Positions 11,897 through 22,541 are shown, numbered from the stretch's first letter. The stretch: DNA of 64,000 nucleotides from Candidatus Bathyarchaeota archaeon (GCA_963697165.1 CAVOMX010000010.1:1-64000); one strand, 5' to 3'. Notes: generated from the sequence alone by a model not told the origin. Program-made: numbers and translations.

Positions 11897-12227
11897 CAAT
11901 AGTCAAATTTTAATCCCAAACCCAAACCCCAAACGACCTCGTGGAAAAACTTAGACCGTTTGGAACCGACAACATTGATTCTTATGAAAAAGAAATTATT
12001 GATCATCTTTCAATTTTTGGGTAAGCATTCTTCCGCTCCTGAAGTTAGTGAGATTTTGGATTCTATTGTTGAGGTTTGGACTAGCAAGTTTTATTGAATG
12101 AAACTGTAGCGCGTGCTTGTATTATGTTGAAACTGAACTTGCTAGTGACAACCTAGCTCGCTATCTATGTTGGAAAACACTATTAGTGACTTTTTTACTA
12201 GTTCTGGCTGTTTTAGGTGAACTAATA

Positions 12228-12974
12228 ATGGATCCATGGAAGTATTATGACATCACTCATAAAAGACACCACTTGTGTAATCCATTGAACAGCGAGAAGT
12301 TTGAGCGGCTGTGCCAACTCCTCCGATTGAATCGAGGGGAACGTGTCCTAGACGTAGCCTGTGGAAAAGGAGAGTTTCTCATCAGGCTGGCGGAGCTCTA
12401 TGGTATTACAGGTATAGGCGTAGATATTTCTCCCTACTGCATTCGAGATTGCATGGAAAAGCACCGGAGGCGAGTACCAGACTCGGATATTGAATTTGTG
12501 GAGATGGATGGGGCGGATTATAGGCCTGAAGTTCCTTCTTCCTTTGATGCGGCCCTTTGTATCGGGGCGAGTTGGGTGTACGGTGGTCATCTGGGGACGA
12601 TTCAAGCATTGAAAGGAATGGTGAAGAATGGGGGGCTGATTGTAGTGGGAGAACCTTTCTGGTTGATGGAACCGAGTAAAGAGTACTTGGAGGTAGAAGG
12701 AATCAACAGAGATGATTTTGGTACTCATCGGAACAATGTAAGAGTGGGGGAGAACGAAGGATTAAGCTGCCTTTACACGCTCGTGAGTGATCACGACGAT
12801 TGGGACCACTATGAGACGCTTCAATGGTGGGCTGTTGATGAGTATGTCAGAGCCCATCCCGACGACCCTGATATCCGCGAGCTAGTGAAACGAAAGACGC
12901 GTGAGAAGCATATCTATCTTCAGGGAGGCAGGGAAACTATGGGATGGGCGATATATGTTTTCAGAAAGGATTAG
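12228..12974 (+). CDS. class I SAM-dependent methyltransferase
   Basis: VLDVACGKG, GVDIS and FDAALCIGA motifs; ATG at 12228 follows a GGTGA RBS. Confidence 0.9.
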   Translation: MDPWKYYDITHKRHHLCNPLNSEKFERLCQLLRLNRGERVLDVACGKGEFLIRLAELYGITGIGVDISPYCIRDCMEKHRRRVPDSDIEFVEMDGADYRPEVPSSFDAALCIGASWVYGGHLGTIQALKGMVKNGGLIVVGEPFWLMEPSKEYLEVEGINRDDFGTHRNNVRVGENEGLSCLYTLVSDHDDWDHYETLQWWAVDEYVRAHPDDPDIRELVKRKTREKHIYLQGGRETMGWAIYVFRKD

Positions 12975-13208
12975 CATTCAATACCCCCTGCACTGTACCA
13001 AAAGTTGGTCCAGGACCAATTTCCCATAAGGGAAAATATGATGAAAGCCCATCGTATCTTTTTGAGTTCATTTTGATTCGCCCAATCGTGAAACATGTCT
13101 ACTGACTTCTTGAATTTTAAGTTAAATTTTAACGCCAAATACCCAACCAATAAATCTATTTTATTCTTTATTTAGCAAAATAGCATTAATTTAGGCTTTA
13201 TTTAGCGA

Positions 13209-13304
13209 AATAAGCGTTTTTGGTTGGGTCACGAGGATTTGAACCCAAGACCAGTGGAGATATCTCCCGACCCACAAAAAAATCCCGCAAACTCCCCCTT
13301 TTTT
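13209..13304. repeat. att-like repeat R10
   Basis: AATAAGCGTTTTTGGTTGGGTCACGAGGATTTGAACCCAAGACCAGTGGAGATATCTCCCG...AAATCCCGCAAACTCCCCCTTTTTT. Confidence 0.92.
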
Positions 13305-13339
13305 AAGGGCAAAATTTAACTCCAAATCCCAAACAGCAC

Positions 13340-14899
13340 TCAGCTACTCTTTACTCCAATATGCACTTCCGTTTGTGATTCTGACACATTAGATAGAGCA
13401 ATGACTTCGATGTTCCATATCATGTTTTGACTTGGATACAAGTAAAAGAGATCATCATCAGTCAACCAATAAGTTTGGTCATCAATGAAACTTTTTGTAA
13501 TATTATGGCTGGTCTGATCTAAGAAATTAAGTATTATTGTAACGTTCACTTCTTCATTTGCACTTAAGTTTTCAATCTCTATGAAAGCATCAAAGCTGCC
13601 GATTGTAGCAGGATTTCTGCTTATATTCACAAACTCACCAAATTTTAGATTTCTATATTCTTTGAATACCGAGGGATCACCGTAGATCCATTTATAGTCT
13701 AGATTCTTGATTCTAGCGTCAAAGTCTCCAAGAAAGCTTGTACCCTCATGCGAAAATCCTATCGAATCCTCTCCAAGATAGATTCCGTAGATTGTACCAT
13801 TCCCAAAACTTTCAAAGACTACTCCACTTAGGATAGAATCTGACATTACGCCCTCCAAGTGTAGACCTGTCTGATTTTGAGTGTTGTTTGCATGCATCCA
13901 AATTCTCATATTGGTCCATTGACTACTAGAAACTTCAGCATTTTTCTCAACCATTATAGCAACTGAATTGTCATCGTAGAGATTGAAATAACAACGATCA
14001 AGTGCCGTATTCTCATAGGATCCTGTGGCATTTCCTGTGGGTTCCTTAAAAGTTAGACCTGTCCGACAGTTTTCCCAATAACAATTCTCAAATTTTGTAG
14101 CTTCACTCCACGTATAAGTGTTTGAAACCTCAATAGCTGATTCGCAGTCTTCAAAGACCATTTTCTCAAATGTAGCCCTGAAGGCGTCTTCAAGATTTAT
14201 AGTTCCATTACGTATAACAAAGTTTCTGATTTGATTGTTACTGTTATTTGAGTAATGATCTGACACAAAAGATATGGCATAACCATTGAGATTGATAACT
14301 GATCCTTGACCATCTAAGATCATGTTAGATTTGCTTTCAAATATTACCTCTGAATCAAGATCGTAACTTCCCATTGCAAATATTACTATCTTACCATTAT
14401 CACGAACATGCTGGAGTGCCTCAGAAAACTTTGTCGTCTTTAAAACTTCTTTGCCTGTTATGCCAGACTTGACAATGGTCATGTTACCTCTAGAAAACAA
14501 AAGGAAATCATATTCCTCTTGCAGTAAACTTTGTTGTTGATCCTCAAGAATATCGGTCCTAGTTTTCAAAATCTGAGTAGTCTCAGCTAAATCTCCGTAT
14601 TTGTTTTCAAGCAAAGAAAAGTTATTGGCCAAATCAGAGGTTACCCTTTCAAGCAAAGAAATGTTCTCAACCAAATCAGAGTTTGTGATTTCAAGCAAAG
14701 AAATGTTCTTAGCTAAATCTGCGTTTGCCCTTTCAAGCAAAGAAATGTTCTCAACCAAATCAGAGTTTGTGATTTCAAGCAAAGAAAGCTCTTGGGTCGT
14801 ATCTTCTTTTACCTCAAGGATGATACTATAATTATATAACCCAACTAAAAGTGCAACCGTAATGAAGATCCCAAATATTAGAAAAACTATTTTATTCAT
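13340..14899 (-). CDS. membrane-anchored extracellular protein: coiled-coil repeats + putative beta-helix (pectin-lyase-like) domain
   Basis: N-terminal TM, 14-aa LLExxxxDLxxNxS repeats, Asn/Ile-rich beta-helix-like region. Confidence 0.75.
   Translation of the reverse strand: MNKIVFLIFGIFITVALLVGLYNYSIILEVKEDTTQELSLLEITNSDLVENISLLERANADLAKNISLLEITNSDLVENISLLERVTSDLANNFSLLENKYGDLAETTQILKTRTDILEDQQQSLLQEEYDFLLFSRGNMTIVKSGITGKEVLKTTKFSEALQHVRDNGKIVIFAMGSYDLDSEVIFESKSNMILDGQGSVINLNGYAISFVSDHYSNNSNNQIRNFVIRNGTINLEDAFRATFEKMVFEDCESAIEVSNTYTWSEATKFENCYWENCRTGLTFKEPTGNATGSYENTALDRCYFNLYDDNSVAIMVEKNAEVSSSQWTNMRIWMHANNTQNQTGLHLEGVMSDSILSGVVFESFGNGTIYGIYLGEDSIGFSHEGTSFLGDFDARIKNLDYKWIYGDPSVFKEYRNLKFGEFVNISRNPATIGSFDAFIEIENLSANEEVNVTIILNFLDQTSHNITKSFIDDQTYWLTDDDLFYLYPSQNMIWNIEVIALSNVSESQTEVHIGVKSS
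14606..14788. repeat. 42-bp intragenic tandem repeat (~4 units)
   Basis: TTCAAGCAAAGAAA recurs every 42 bp. Confidence 0.85.
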
Positions 14900-15178
14900 T
14901 TTCACTCCCCCGAGCCAATTTGTGGACTTTTGCATATTATCCTTTTCCAAATTCAAGAATTGATAAAATGGTTACGTATGCAATACGTTAAAGGAGTTTC
15001 CATTGTCAGTATTACCCCAAAAAAAGAGAAACCGTCTCCAATGTGTGTTTATGAGCTTAGTTAACAGAATTGGTTTGGATTTAGGATTAAACTTATCCCA
15101 AGCCTGAACTAATATTAAAATTAGATATAATTCTGAGGTTAGGAATACACCCCAGCCACAATTAATATCCCCAAGACC

Positions 15179-15237
15179 TTGAACCCCAGACCAGTGGTGA
15201 CATCACCCGTTAAAATCCCGCAAATCCTCCTTTTTTT
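15179..15237. repeat. att-like repeat R11 (left-truncated)
   Basis: TTGAACCCCAGACCAGTGGTGACATCACCCGTTAAAATCCCGCAAATCCTCCTTTTTTT. Confidence 0.88.
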
Positions 15238-15278
15238 CATGGCCATAAAAAAATTTGATTTTTGAAAAAATGAACAGG

Positions 15279-15590
15279 TTATAGTGGAAGATTTTCGAAT
15301 ACCGTTTTCATGTTTTTTAAATATTCGTTGAAAGCAACGCGGCCTTTTTTTGTTAGTTTAAGTGCTGTGTGGGGTTTTCGCTCAATAAATTCTTTCACAA
15401 TCTCCACATAGCCTACTTCTTCGAGTTTACTTAAATGAGCTGATAAATTACCAGGAGTCATCTGAAGTTGATGTTGAAGAAAGAGGAAGTCTGCGCTTTC
15501 AACCACATAGAGCTGAGACATAATCATGAGTCTAGTCGGTTCATGGATCAATCGATCAATGTTCTTTAAATCAAATGGACTTTTTGACAA
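15279..15590 (-). CDS. winged-helix transcriptional regulator (HTH_34/MarR-like)
   Basis: DRLIHEPTRLMIM...TPGNLSAHLSKLEE.GYV...LTKKGR. Confidence 0.9.
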   Translation of the reverse strand: MSKSPFDLKNIDRLIHEPTRLMIMSQLYVVESADFLFLQHQLQMTPGNLSAHLSKLEEVGYVEIVKEFIERKPHTALKLTKKGRVAFNEYLKNMKTVFENLPL

Positions 15591-15594
15591 TTAT

Positions 15595-16216
15595 CTAATC
15601 GCCTCTAGAGAGGGGATATTTTTGTAAAAATTGTCTTAGAAGCACAAAACCATAAATTACAATAGCAAATCCTATGGTTAATAGGAAATATTCGAATTGA
15701 ATAGCCATGAAATGACCAACTAAAAACATCACTAGAGTTACTAGTCCATACAACATAGAGTCGCTTGAGACCCATTGTATAGGCGAAGAGACTTGATATA
15801 AGGACTGCACTAATACCAATAATGATCATGCTGTTTGAAATAATCAGATCCATTACAGCTATTGCCCAACTCTGACCCATAGAACCTCCCAGACCGAATA
15901 CCATAAACACTCCCAAGCCAGCTACCGTTAGTCCTAAGAAGACGGCCATTAACTTATTTGCACTTCTTAAACCAAATTTTACATAACCAATTCTGGGTAT
16001 AGTAATTCTTCTTTTAAATGAAATCCAAATAGGCACCATGATGCTTGGAAAAATTGCTGGAATAATAAACCATGTGCTAAACTCTGTAACAGTGTGAAGG
16101 AGAATGCCTGCCCCAAACAATAGAATGTAAAATCCTACAAATATGTCAATCAAACCGTCTTGATGATAAGACATGTAAGTATTTTTTTCGATTTCCCTCA
16201 AATTTGGTTTTTTCAT
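15595..16216 (-). CDS. multi-pass membrane protein (frameshift near 15750)
   Basis: YHQDGLIDI and ITIPRIGYVKF; hydrophobic; paralog at 21868..22484. Confidence 0.75.
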
Positions 16217-16250
16217 AACGCATCACCAATATAACATAAACTATTTTCTA

Positions 16251-16276
16251 ATATAAAAAGCTTTGCAATACAAAGT
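16251..16276 (-). promoter_or_regulatory. TATA box plus palindromic operator CTTTG-N5-CAAAG
   Basis: TTTTTATAT (minus strand) next to CTTTGCAATACAAAG; conserved at 22517-22541. Confidence 0.65.
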
Positions 16277-16408
16277 AATTTACATCAAGATAGGAAATGA
16301 TGAGCGCGTTAAGTTTTCGAAGTTAAATTGATCGCTAAATAAATTAGAGTCTAGGACCAAAGAAAATTAGTATGCGAGTAGAAAATAGTAATCATTATCG
16401 TTCCAAAA

Positions 16409-16470
16409 ATTTGAACTCAGGAACCTTTGAGAGTTTCACCAAGTAAAATTCCGCAGTTCCTCATTTTTTT
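16409..16470. repeat. degenerate att-like repeat R12
   Basis: ATTTGAACTCAGGAACC...TTTCACC...AAAATTCCGCAGTTCCTCATTTTTTT. Confidence 0.65.
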
Positions 16471-16571
16471 AAAGTTTAAAATTTTGATTCCCAACCAAAC
16501 CCCAACCGAACATTGTTTATTTTACACCCTATTAGCTCAAATAATCTTGATTAAAGCTTTATTTCTTAAAA

Positions 16572-16656
16572 GAAGCGTTTTGGTGGGGTCGCGGGGATTT
16601 GAACCCCGGACCATTGGAGACATCACCCGTCGATTTCCCGCAACTTCCCTTTTTTT
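16572..16656. repeat. att-like repeat R13 (38-nt perfect match to the tRNA-Pro 3' end and trailer)
   Basis: 16575-16612 is identical to 25800-25837, followed by ATTGGAGACATCACCCG...TCCCGCAACTTCCCTTTTTTT. Confidence 0.95.
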
Positions 16657-16736
16657 ATTGCATTCCCACATGACACCAGTTCCGATTTACTGTTGAGGCA
16701 AAATATTATGAACCCTATACATACTTAGTCTTAGAC

Positions 16737-17667
16737 ATGAAAATGAAAGCGATTGTATACGAAAAATATGGGCCACCAGAAGTTCTTCACTTCAAAGATG
16801 TGGAAAAACCCACTCCCAAAGACAATGAAATTCTAGTAAAAGTATATGCGACAACAGTACATAGAGGCGATTCTAGAATGCGAAGTTTCAGTGTTCCTCG
16901 TGGAATGTGGCTCATGGCACGAATAGCTCTTGGTATCAGAGGACCAAGAAAAAAAATACTAGGGATGGAATTAGCTGGGGAAATTGAAGCAATTGGTAAG
17001 GATGTAAAACGGTTTAAGAAAGGTGATAAAGTCTTTGCATCTACCGGTTTTGGTGGTGCCTATGCCGAGTACACCTGTCTGCCCGAGAACGGATTTGTGA
17101 CAATAAAACCATCCAACATGACCTATGAGCAAGCTGCTGCAGGAATTCCAACCGGGGGAGATATGGCATTGACATTTATTAGAAAAGGAAATATCCAAAG
17201 TGGACAAAAAGTCCTAATCTATGGCGCTTCCGGAAGTGTAGGTACTTTTGCGGTCCAGCTTGCCAAATATTTTGGAGCAGAAGTTACTGGAGTTTGTAGT
17301 AACTTCAAATTTAGAATTAGTGAAGTCTTTGGGGGCAGATACGGCAATTGATTACACTAAAGAGGATTTTACGGAAGGAGGAGAGTTTTATGACGTCATT
17401 TTTGATGCCGTTGGAAAAATCTCGAAATCACAGGGGAAGAAAGCATTAACTCCGAACGGGACATTTATGTCAGTTCATGATAAAAGAGGAGATCAAAAGG
17501 TCGAAGATTTAGTTTTTCTCAAAGAACTTGCTGAGGCGGGGAAGATTAAACCAGTTATAGATAGAACTTATCCATGGGAACAAATTGTCGAGGCTCACAC
17601 TTATGTTGACACATGGCGTAAGAAAGGACATATAGTTATAACTGTAGCCAATACTAACAAGACTTAA
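16737..17667 (+). CDS. NAD(P)-dependent MDR-family alcohol dehydrogenase/quinone oxidoreductase (frameshift ~17300)
   Basis: [23 protein letters not shown] and KPVIDRTY motifs across two ORFs. Confidence 0.9.
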
Positions 17668-17707
17668 CAAAGCGTTTTATTCGTCACCAATATGCCGGTC
17701 AATTATT

Positions 17708-18709
17708 GTGAAAGCAATTATATGGACAAAATATGGGTCACCAGAAGTTCTTCAACTCAAAGAAGTAGAAAAACCAGTTCCCAAAGACAATGAAGTGTTG
17801 ATTAGAATAGAAGCGACTACAGTAACTTCAGGGGATTGCGAACAGCGAAGTCTCAAATTGCCATTCTGGCACAGGCTCCCCATGCGAGCATACGTGGGTC
17901 TCAGAAAACCAAAAAGAATAACCATAATGGGAATGGAATTAGCTGGAGAAATTGAAGAAATAGGTAAAAATGTGAAACAGTGTATTGAAAGTGACCAGGT
18001 TTTTGCGGCTACCGGTTTTATCGGTATGGGTACTTACGCGGAGTACATATGTCTGCCAGAAGAACCAGAAGAAGGGGCACTGGTAATAAAACCAACCAAT
18101 ATGACCTATGAGGAAGCCGCAACAGTCCCTGTTGGGGGCCTTGAAGCATTGAGTTTTCTAAGAAAAGGAAATGTCAAAAGCGGACAAACAGTTTTGATTA
18201 ATGGAGCTGGTGGAACGATAGGTCCTTTCGCAATCCAGCTCGCTAAACACTTTGGAGCTGAAGTAACCGCAGTAGATAGCACCACGAAATTGGGCATGTT
18301 GAGTTCCATTGGCGCAGACCAGGTTATTGATTACACTCAAGAAGATTTCACTAAAAGTGGTGCGACCTATGATTTTATTCTGGACTTGGTAGGCAAAAGC
18401 TCTTTTTCAGGCAAGATTAGGTCATTAAATCAAAATGGATGTTATCTTATTTCAAATCCTACACTCAAACAGATGATTCGAGGGCGATGGACTTCATTGA
18501 CAAACAGCAGGAAGATGATATTCGGGGCAGCAACCCCAAAAACTAAAGACTTGATTTTCCTCAAAGAGCTTATTGAAGCGGGAAAGATAAAACCGGTCAT
18601 AGATAGAACATATCCATTAGAACAAGCCGCTGAGGCTCACAGGTATGTCGAAACCGGGCAAAAAAAGGGCCAAGTAGTTATTACTGTGGTGCACAGGAAC
18701 AAAATCTAA
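17708..18709 (+). CDS. NAD(P)-dependent MDR-family alcohol dehydrogenase/quinone oxidoreductase
   Basis: Paralog of the upstream gene; GAGGTIG nucleotide-binding motif. Confidence 0.92.
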   Translation: MKAIIWTKYGSPEVLQLKEVEKPVPKDNEVLIRIEATTVTSGDCEQRSLKLPFWHRLPMRAYVGLRKPKRITIMGMELAGEIEEIGKNVKQCIESDQVFAATGFIGMGTYAEYICLPEEPEEGALVIKPTNMTYEEAATVPVGGLEALSFLRKGNVKSGQTVLINGAGGTIGPFAIQLAKHFGAEVTAVDSTTKLGMLSSIGADQVIDYTQEDFTKSGATYDFILDLVGKSSFSGKIRSLNQNGCYLISNPTLKQMIRGRWTSLTNSRKMIFGAATPKTKDLIFLKELIEAGKIKPVIDRTYPLEQAAEAHRYVETGQKKGQVVITVVHRNKI

Positions 18710-18816
18710 AGAAGCGCTGCAAATAACTTTTGAATTGTAATCCTAAATTTAAACCAAAAAACATATTTTACGCTTTATTTACCAAAATATCCACAATTAA
18801 GGCTTCATTATTTAAA

Positions 18817-18903
18817 ATAAGCAGTTTGGTGGGGTCGCGGGGATTTGGACACAGGACCAGTGGTGACATCACCCGCTAAAATCCCGCAAACTCCCCCTTT
18901 TTT
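18817..18903. repeat. att-like repeat R14
   Basis: ATAAGCAGTTTGGTGGGGTCGCGGGGATTTGGACACAGGACCAGTGGTGACATCACCCGCTAAAATCCCGCAAACTCCCCCTTTTTT. Confidence 0.95.
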
Positions 18904-19108
18904 CAAAGGTAAAATTTTAACACCCAAACCCAAATGAACGGTAGTATTGACAAAATAATATTACCGCAATTCTAAACTAGAATAATTTTCCAGTTTGTAT
19001 ATAGCCCATTATCCATACCACGAAAAATATGGCAGAAATTGCCAACACTAATAACATATTCCATTTTCTTTCCACTTGACACACCTCCTTTTTCTGAAAT
19101 ACTTGCTA

Positions 19109-20767
19109 TTATTCTATTCTATCTAACTTTCTAATTCCAATATAAAGTAGAAAAATTCCTACTAATGTAAAAACAATGGTTAACAAGAGATGGTCAAATA
19201 CTCCAGCAGTAAAAGTGTCTATGTTTGCAAGAATTTTTTCAAAACTCAGACCTGCTCTAGATAGACCAATCTCAAATCCTATGGTTGCAAAAAAGATTAT
19301 CATCAGGTTTATTATGATTCCCATGTTGCGTTCTCGTGATTCTTCAGCAAAGATTGGGTTAATAATAGCTAGACCTAGAACTACAGCAACTAAAGCTAAA
19401 GCTCTTAGCGCACCCCAAACTACATTGATTAACAAGATTTCTAACCCAATTTGAGGAATTAGGATTGTTGAGACAGCAATCACCACTATAACGATTGGAA
19501 CTGCCACCAACCAAGCTTGCAAGAGCCTAGCCTTTACAAACTTCCAAATTCCAGACGGTGATTTTTTAAATATGAAGAGCGTGTCTTTTCCTCTGCTTAC
19601 TGTCCCAACAACAAAAGCAGTAAGAAAAGGGATCGCCATCGTGCTTAGGAACATCAATTGATCTAAGGGTTCTGAAGAAGAATCTGAAATGAATACCCGT
19701 ATTAAAACGACCAAACCCACAGCATAGATAATCCATGATAAGTTTTCAAGTCTTCTACTGTAATCCTTGAATATAGAAGACAATACAGTTCCAAATGACT
19801 TGCCACCTCCCACAAATCTAATTGTTTTGTAGAAGAAACCATCAGGCTTTGCCGTAGAAGATGTAAAGTTAGAGGTATCAAGGCTATAGGCGCGATTGGC
19901 TACTTTTGTGCCCGCCCATAGGGATGCTGTGAAGAATATTAGGAGTCCTCCAAATAGGGTCAAAGTCTGAAAGCCAACAGCCCCAATATCACCTGGATTA
20001 GAGGCAAAACCAACAAAAATCTCTGCGCTCCAAGAACTAGGCAATACACTAAGTGCTGTTCTAACCATTTGACTCGTTCCCGGATTGGCTAAAGCTTCAG
20101 GCAGTCCGCCTCCAATAATCGCGTACAACACCGCAATCATGGGTAGAACGATGATTACTGCAAGAGCTCTTCCAAGATCCTTTCCTCGAGCGATTTTTCC
20201 AAGCTTTGTTCCTAGGACTGCAGCAACAACAACGCCTATCCAAAAAGCAGAAAGAAACGTTATAACAAAAACTGCGATCATTATTGCAATCTGAGCCATA
20301 TCCAATCCAAGTGGAGTAAGAAAAGCTGTGAAAGTACCAGTGAGTACTGCGATGGCGATGGCATAGAAAGGCATTTTGCCCAGAAATTCGCCAAGAAGCA
20401 CGTCACTCGGCTTTACGGGAGCAGCCAAGAAAATCTCTATTTGGGCTGTTTGCAGTTCTCTCAATGTATCGCTAATTGGAAATAATATCATAAAGAAAAA
20501 GAACATGAAAAGCATAATCTGCACTAAGGGAACTGCAGCTTGGGTTATTATGAACACAAGAAAATCATCGATAAATGGGTTTACAATTGCAGGAGCAATA
20601 ATCCCAACATAAACTGCTAGTAATCCAATAGCTAAGTAGAGGAAGTAGGGTCTGATTCTCCGTATGGCACTTGTGCTAATTCGGTATTGATTCCTTGCAA
20701 CCACGAGCCACTTAGGGGATACCACTCTTCTGTTCCCTCCATGCCAATAGCTCCTTCTCTTCCACAC
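19109..20767 (-). CDS. putative ABC exporter permease (multi-pass membrane protein)
   Basis: Many TM segments, downstream of an ABC ATPase; the true start is probably ~40 nt downstream of the ORF start. Confidence 0.75.
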   Translation of the reverse strand: MWKRRSYWHGGNRRVVSPKWLVVARNQYRISTSAIRRIRPYFLYLAIGLLAVYVGIIAPAIVNPFIDDFLVFIITQAAVPLVQIMLFMFFFFMILFPISDTLRELQTAQIEIFLAAPVKPSDVLLGEFLGKMPFYAIAIAVLTGTFTAFLTPLGLDMAQIAIMIAVFVITFLSAFWIGVVVAAVLGTKLGKIARGKDLGRALAVIIVLPMIAVLYAIIGGGLPEALANPGTSQMVRTALSVLPSSWSAEIFVGFASNPGDIGAVGFQTLTLFGGLLIFFTASLWAGTKVANRAYSLDTSNFTSSTAKPDGFFYKTIRFVGGGKSFGTVLSSIFKDYSRRLENLSWIIYAVGLVVLIRVFISDSSSEPLDQLMFLSTMAIPFLTAFVVGTVSRGKDTLFIFKKSPSGIWKFVKARLLQAWLVAVPIVIVVIAVSTILIPQIGLEILLINVVWGALRALALVAVVLGLAIINPIFAEESRERNMGIIINLMIIFFATIGFEIGLSRAGLSFEKILANIDTFTAGVFDHLLLTIVFTLVGIFLLYIGIRKLDRIE

Positions 20768-21516
20768 CTCCAGTTATAGCAATGAAAGCCTCTTCCAACG
20801 TCTTTGTTTTTGTTTTAGCAATGATTTCATTTACTGTACCTATAGCGATAAGTTTGCCTTGAATAATTATCCCTATGCGGTCACACAACTCCTCTACAAC
20901 AGGGAGAATGTGGCTGCAAATGAAGATAGTTTTTCCTGCAGTTTCGGCCAACTTCTTTATTAGATCTTTCACCATAAGCGCAGCACGCGGATCTAGCATG
21001 GATGTAGGCTCGTCAAAGAATAGAATGGGTGGGTCGTGAATCAGAGCTGATGCGATTAGGATTTTCTGTTTCATTCCTCGGCTGTAACCTTCAAGCAGAT
21101 AGTCCCTTCTCTTGTATAGGCCAAACAGCTTCAGTAAATCTTCTATTCTTTCGTTTAGAATATCTGTTGGGACATCGTAAAGGGCTCCCATAAACTCCAA
21201 AAACTCATGGGCACTAAGTTTATCGATATAATCCAGGAGACTCAGCAAGTAAGCCTGTGACTCGTTTTACTTCCGTTTCTTTCTTGATGATGTCATAACC
21301 ATTTACTGTGGCTGTACCGCTGTTGGGTTTTATGATACAATTTAATAAACGGACGGTTGTTGTTTTACCAGCTCCATTTGGTCCAAGTAGACCAAAGGTT
21401 TCACCCTCATATATTTCGAGATTCAGCTCATTTACAGCTTTTATCTCTTTTCCCTTACCATAAAACTTAGATAGCTTATCTGTGCGAATTATGACTTTCT
21501 TTGATTTGTTATTCAA
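20712..21516 (-). CDS. ABC transporter ATP-binding protein (frameshift ~21225)
   Basis: GPNGAGKTT, YSRGMKQK, LFFDEPT and CSH motifs across two ORFs. Confidence 0.92.
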
Positions 21517-21542
21517 TTTTCTATTTCCCTCAAGAACATTGA

Positions 21543-21866
21543 TTATTTTGGTAGACCACTAAAGACTTGCTTTAATTTTTGTTGATATTCGTTAAAAGAA
21601 TTGCGTCCTTTTTTTGTTAATTTCAGTGCTGTGTGGGGTTTTCGTTCAATGAACTCTTTTACTATTTCCACATAACCAGCTTTTTCTAGCTTGCTTAAAT
21701 GGGCTGATAGATTACCGGGGGTCATTTGAAGTTGGTGTTGAAGGAATAGGAAGTCTGCACTTTCAACAACATAGAGTTGGGTCATAATCATCAATCTAGT
21801 AGGTTCATGTATAACTCGGTCAATGTTCTTCAGGTTAGATGGATTCTTGGACATTGATTTTGTCAC
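21543..21866 (-). CDS. winged-helix transcriptional regulator (HTH_34/MarR-like)
   Basis: Close paralog of 15279..15590. Confidence 0.9.
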   Translation of the reverse strand: MTKSMSKNPSNLKNIDRVIHEPTRLMIMTQLYVVESADFLFLQHQLQMTPGNLSAHLSKLEKAGYVEIVKEFIERKPHTALKLTKKGRNSFNEYQQKLKQVFSGLPK

Positions 21867-21867
21867 C

Positions 21868-22484
21868 TTAGGGTAGTGGATATTTTCGTATGAATTGTCA
21901 TCAAAAGCACAAAGCCACTGATAATTATTACAAATCCTATGGTTAATAAGAAGTATTCAAATGGAATCGCTATGAAATGACCTGTAAAAAAAGCACAAAT
22001 ATTAACAGTCCATATCCATAAAGTCGCTTGAGACCCATAGTGTATGCGAATAGACTCGATATAGTTACCGCTCCAATGCCAATGATTATCATGCTATTTG
22101 AAATAAAGAAATCCCTTAATGTTAATGCCCATCCTTCACCCATGGATGCTCCCAAACCAAACACCATAAATGCTCCCAAGCCTGCTACCATTAATCCTAG
22201 AAATATTGCCATCATTTTGTTTGCGCCTCTAACTCCAAATTTTACATAACCAATTCTTGGCATTGTTATTCTCTTCTTTGCCGAAATCCAAATAGGTATC
22301 ATAATTGCAGGAAAAATTGCTGGAATTAATAAACCACGTGCTAAAGTCGGTCATAGTACAGTAGTAAAATACCTATCCCAAACAATAGAACATAAATGCC
22401 GACAAAAATGTCGAGTAACCCGTCTTGATGATATGACATGTAAGTCTTTTTCTCGATTTCCCTCAAACTAGTTTTTTTAGTCAT
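21868..22484 (-). CDS. multi-pass membrane protein (frameshifted), paralog of 15595..16216
   Basis: MTKKTSLREIEKKTYMSYHQDGL start at 22484; ITMPRIGYVKF. Confidence 0.7.
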
Positions 22485-22516
22485 TTAATCACCAAATACT
22501 ATAAACTACATCTAAC

Positions 22517-22541
22517 TATAAAAGACTTTGCATTACAAAGT
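22517..22541 (-). promoter_or_regulatory. TATA box plus perfect palindrome ACTTTG-N5-CAAAGT
   Basis: ACTTTGCATTACAAAGT at 22525-22541 beside TTTTATAG (minus strand). Confidence 0.65.

Noticed and set aside
14606..14788. 42-bp tandem repeat as a non-coding array
   Set aside because: It is an in-frame 14-aa coiled-coil repeat inside a CDS
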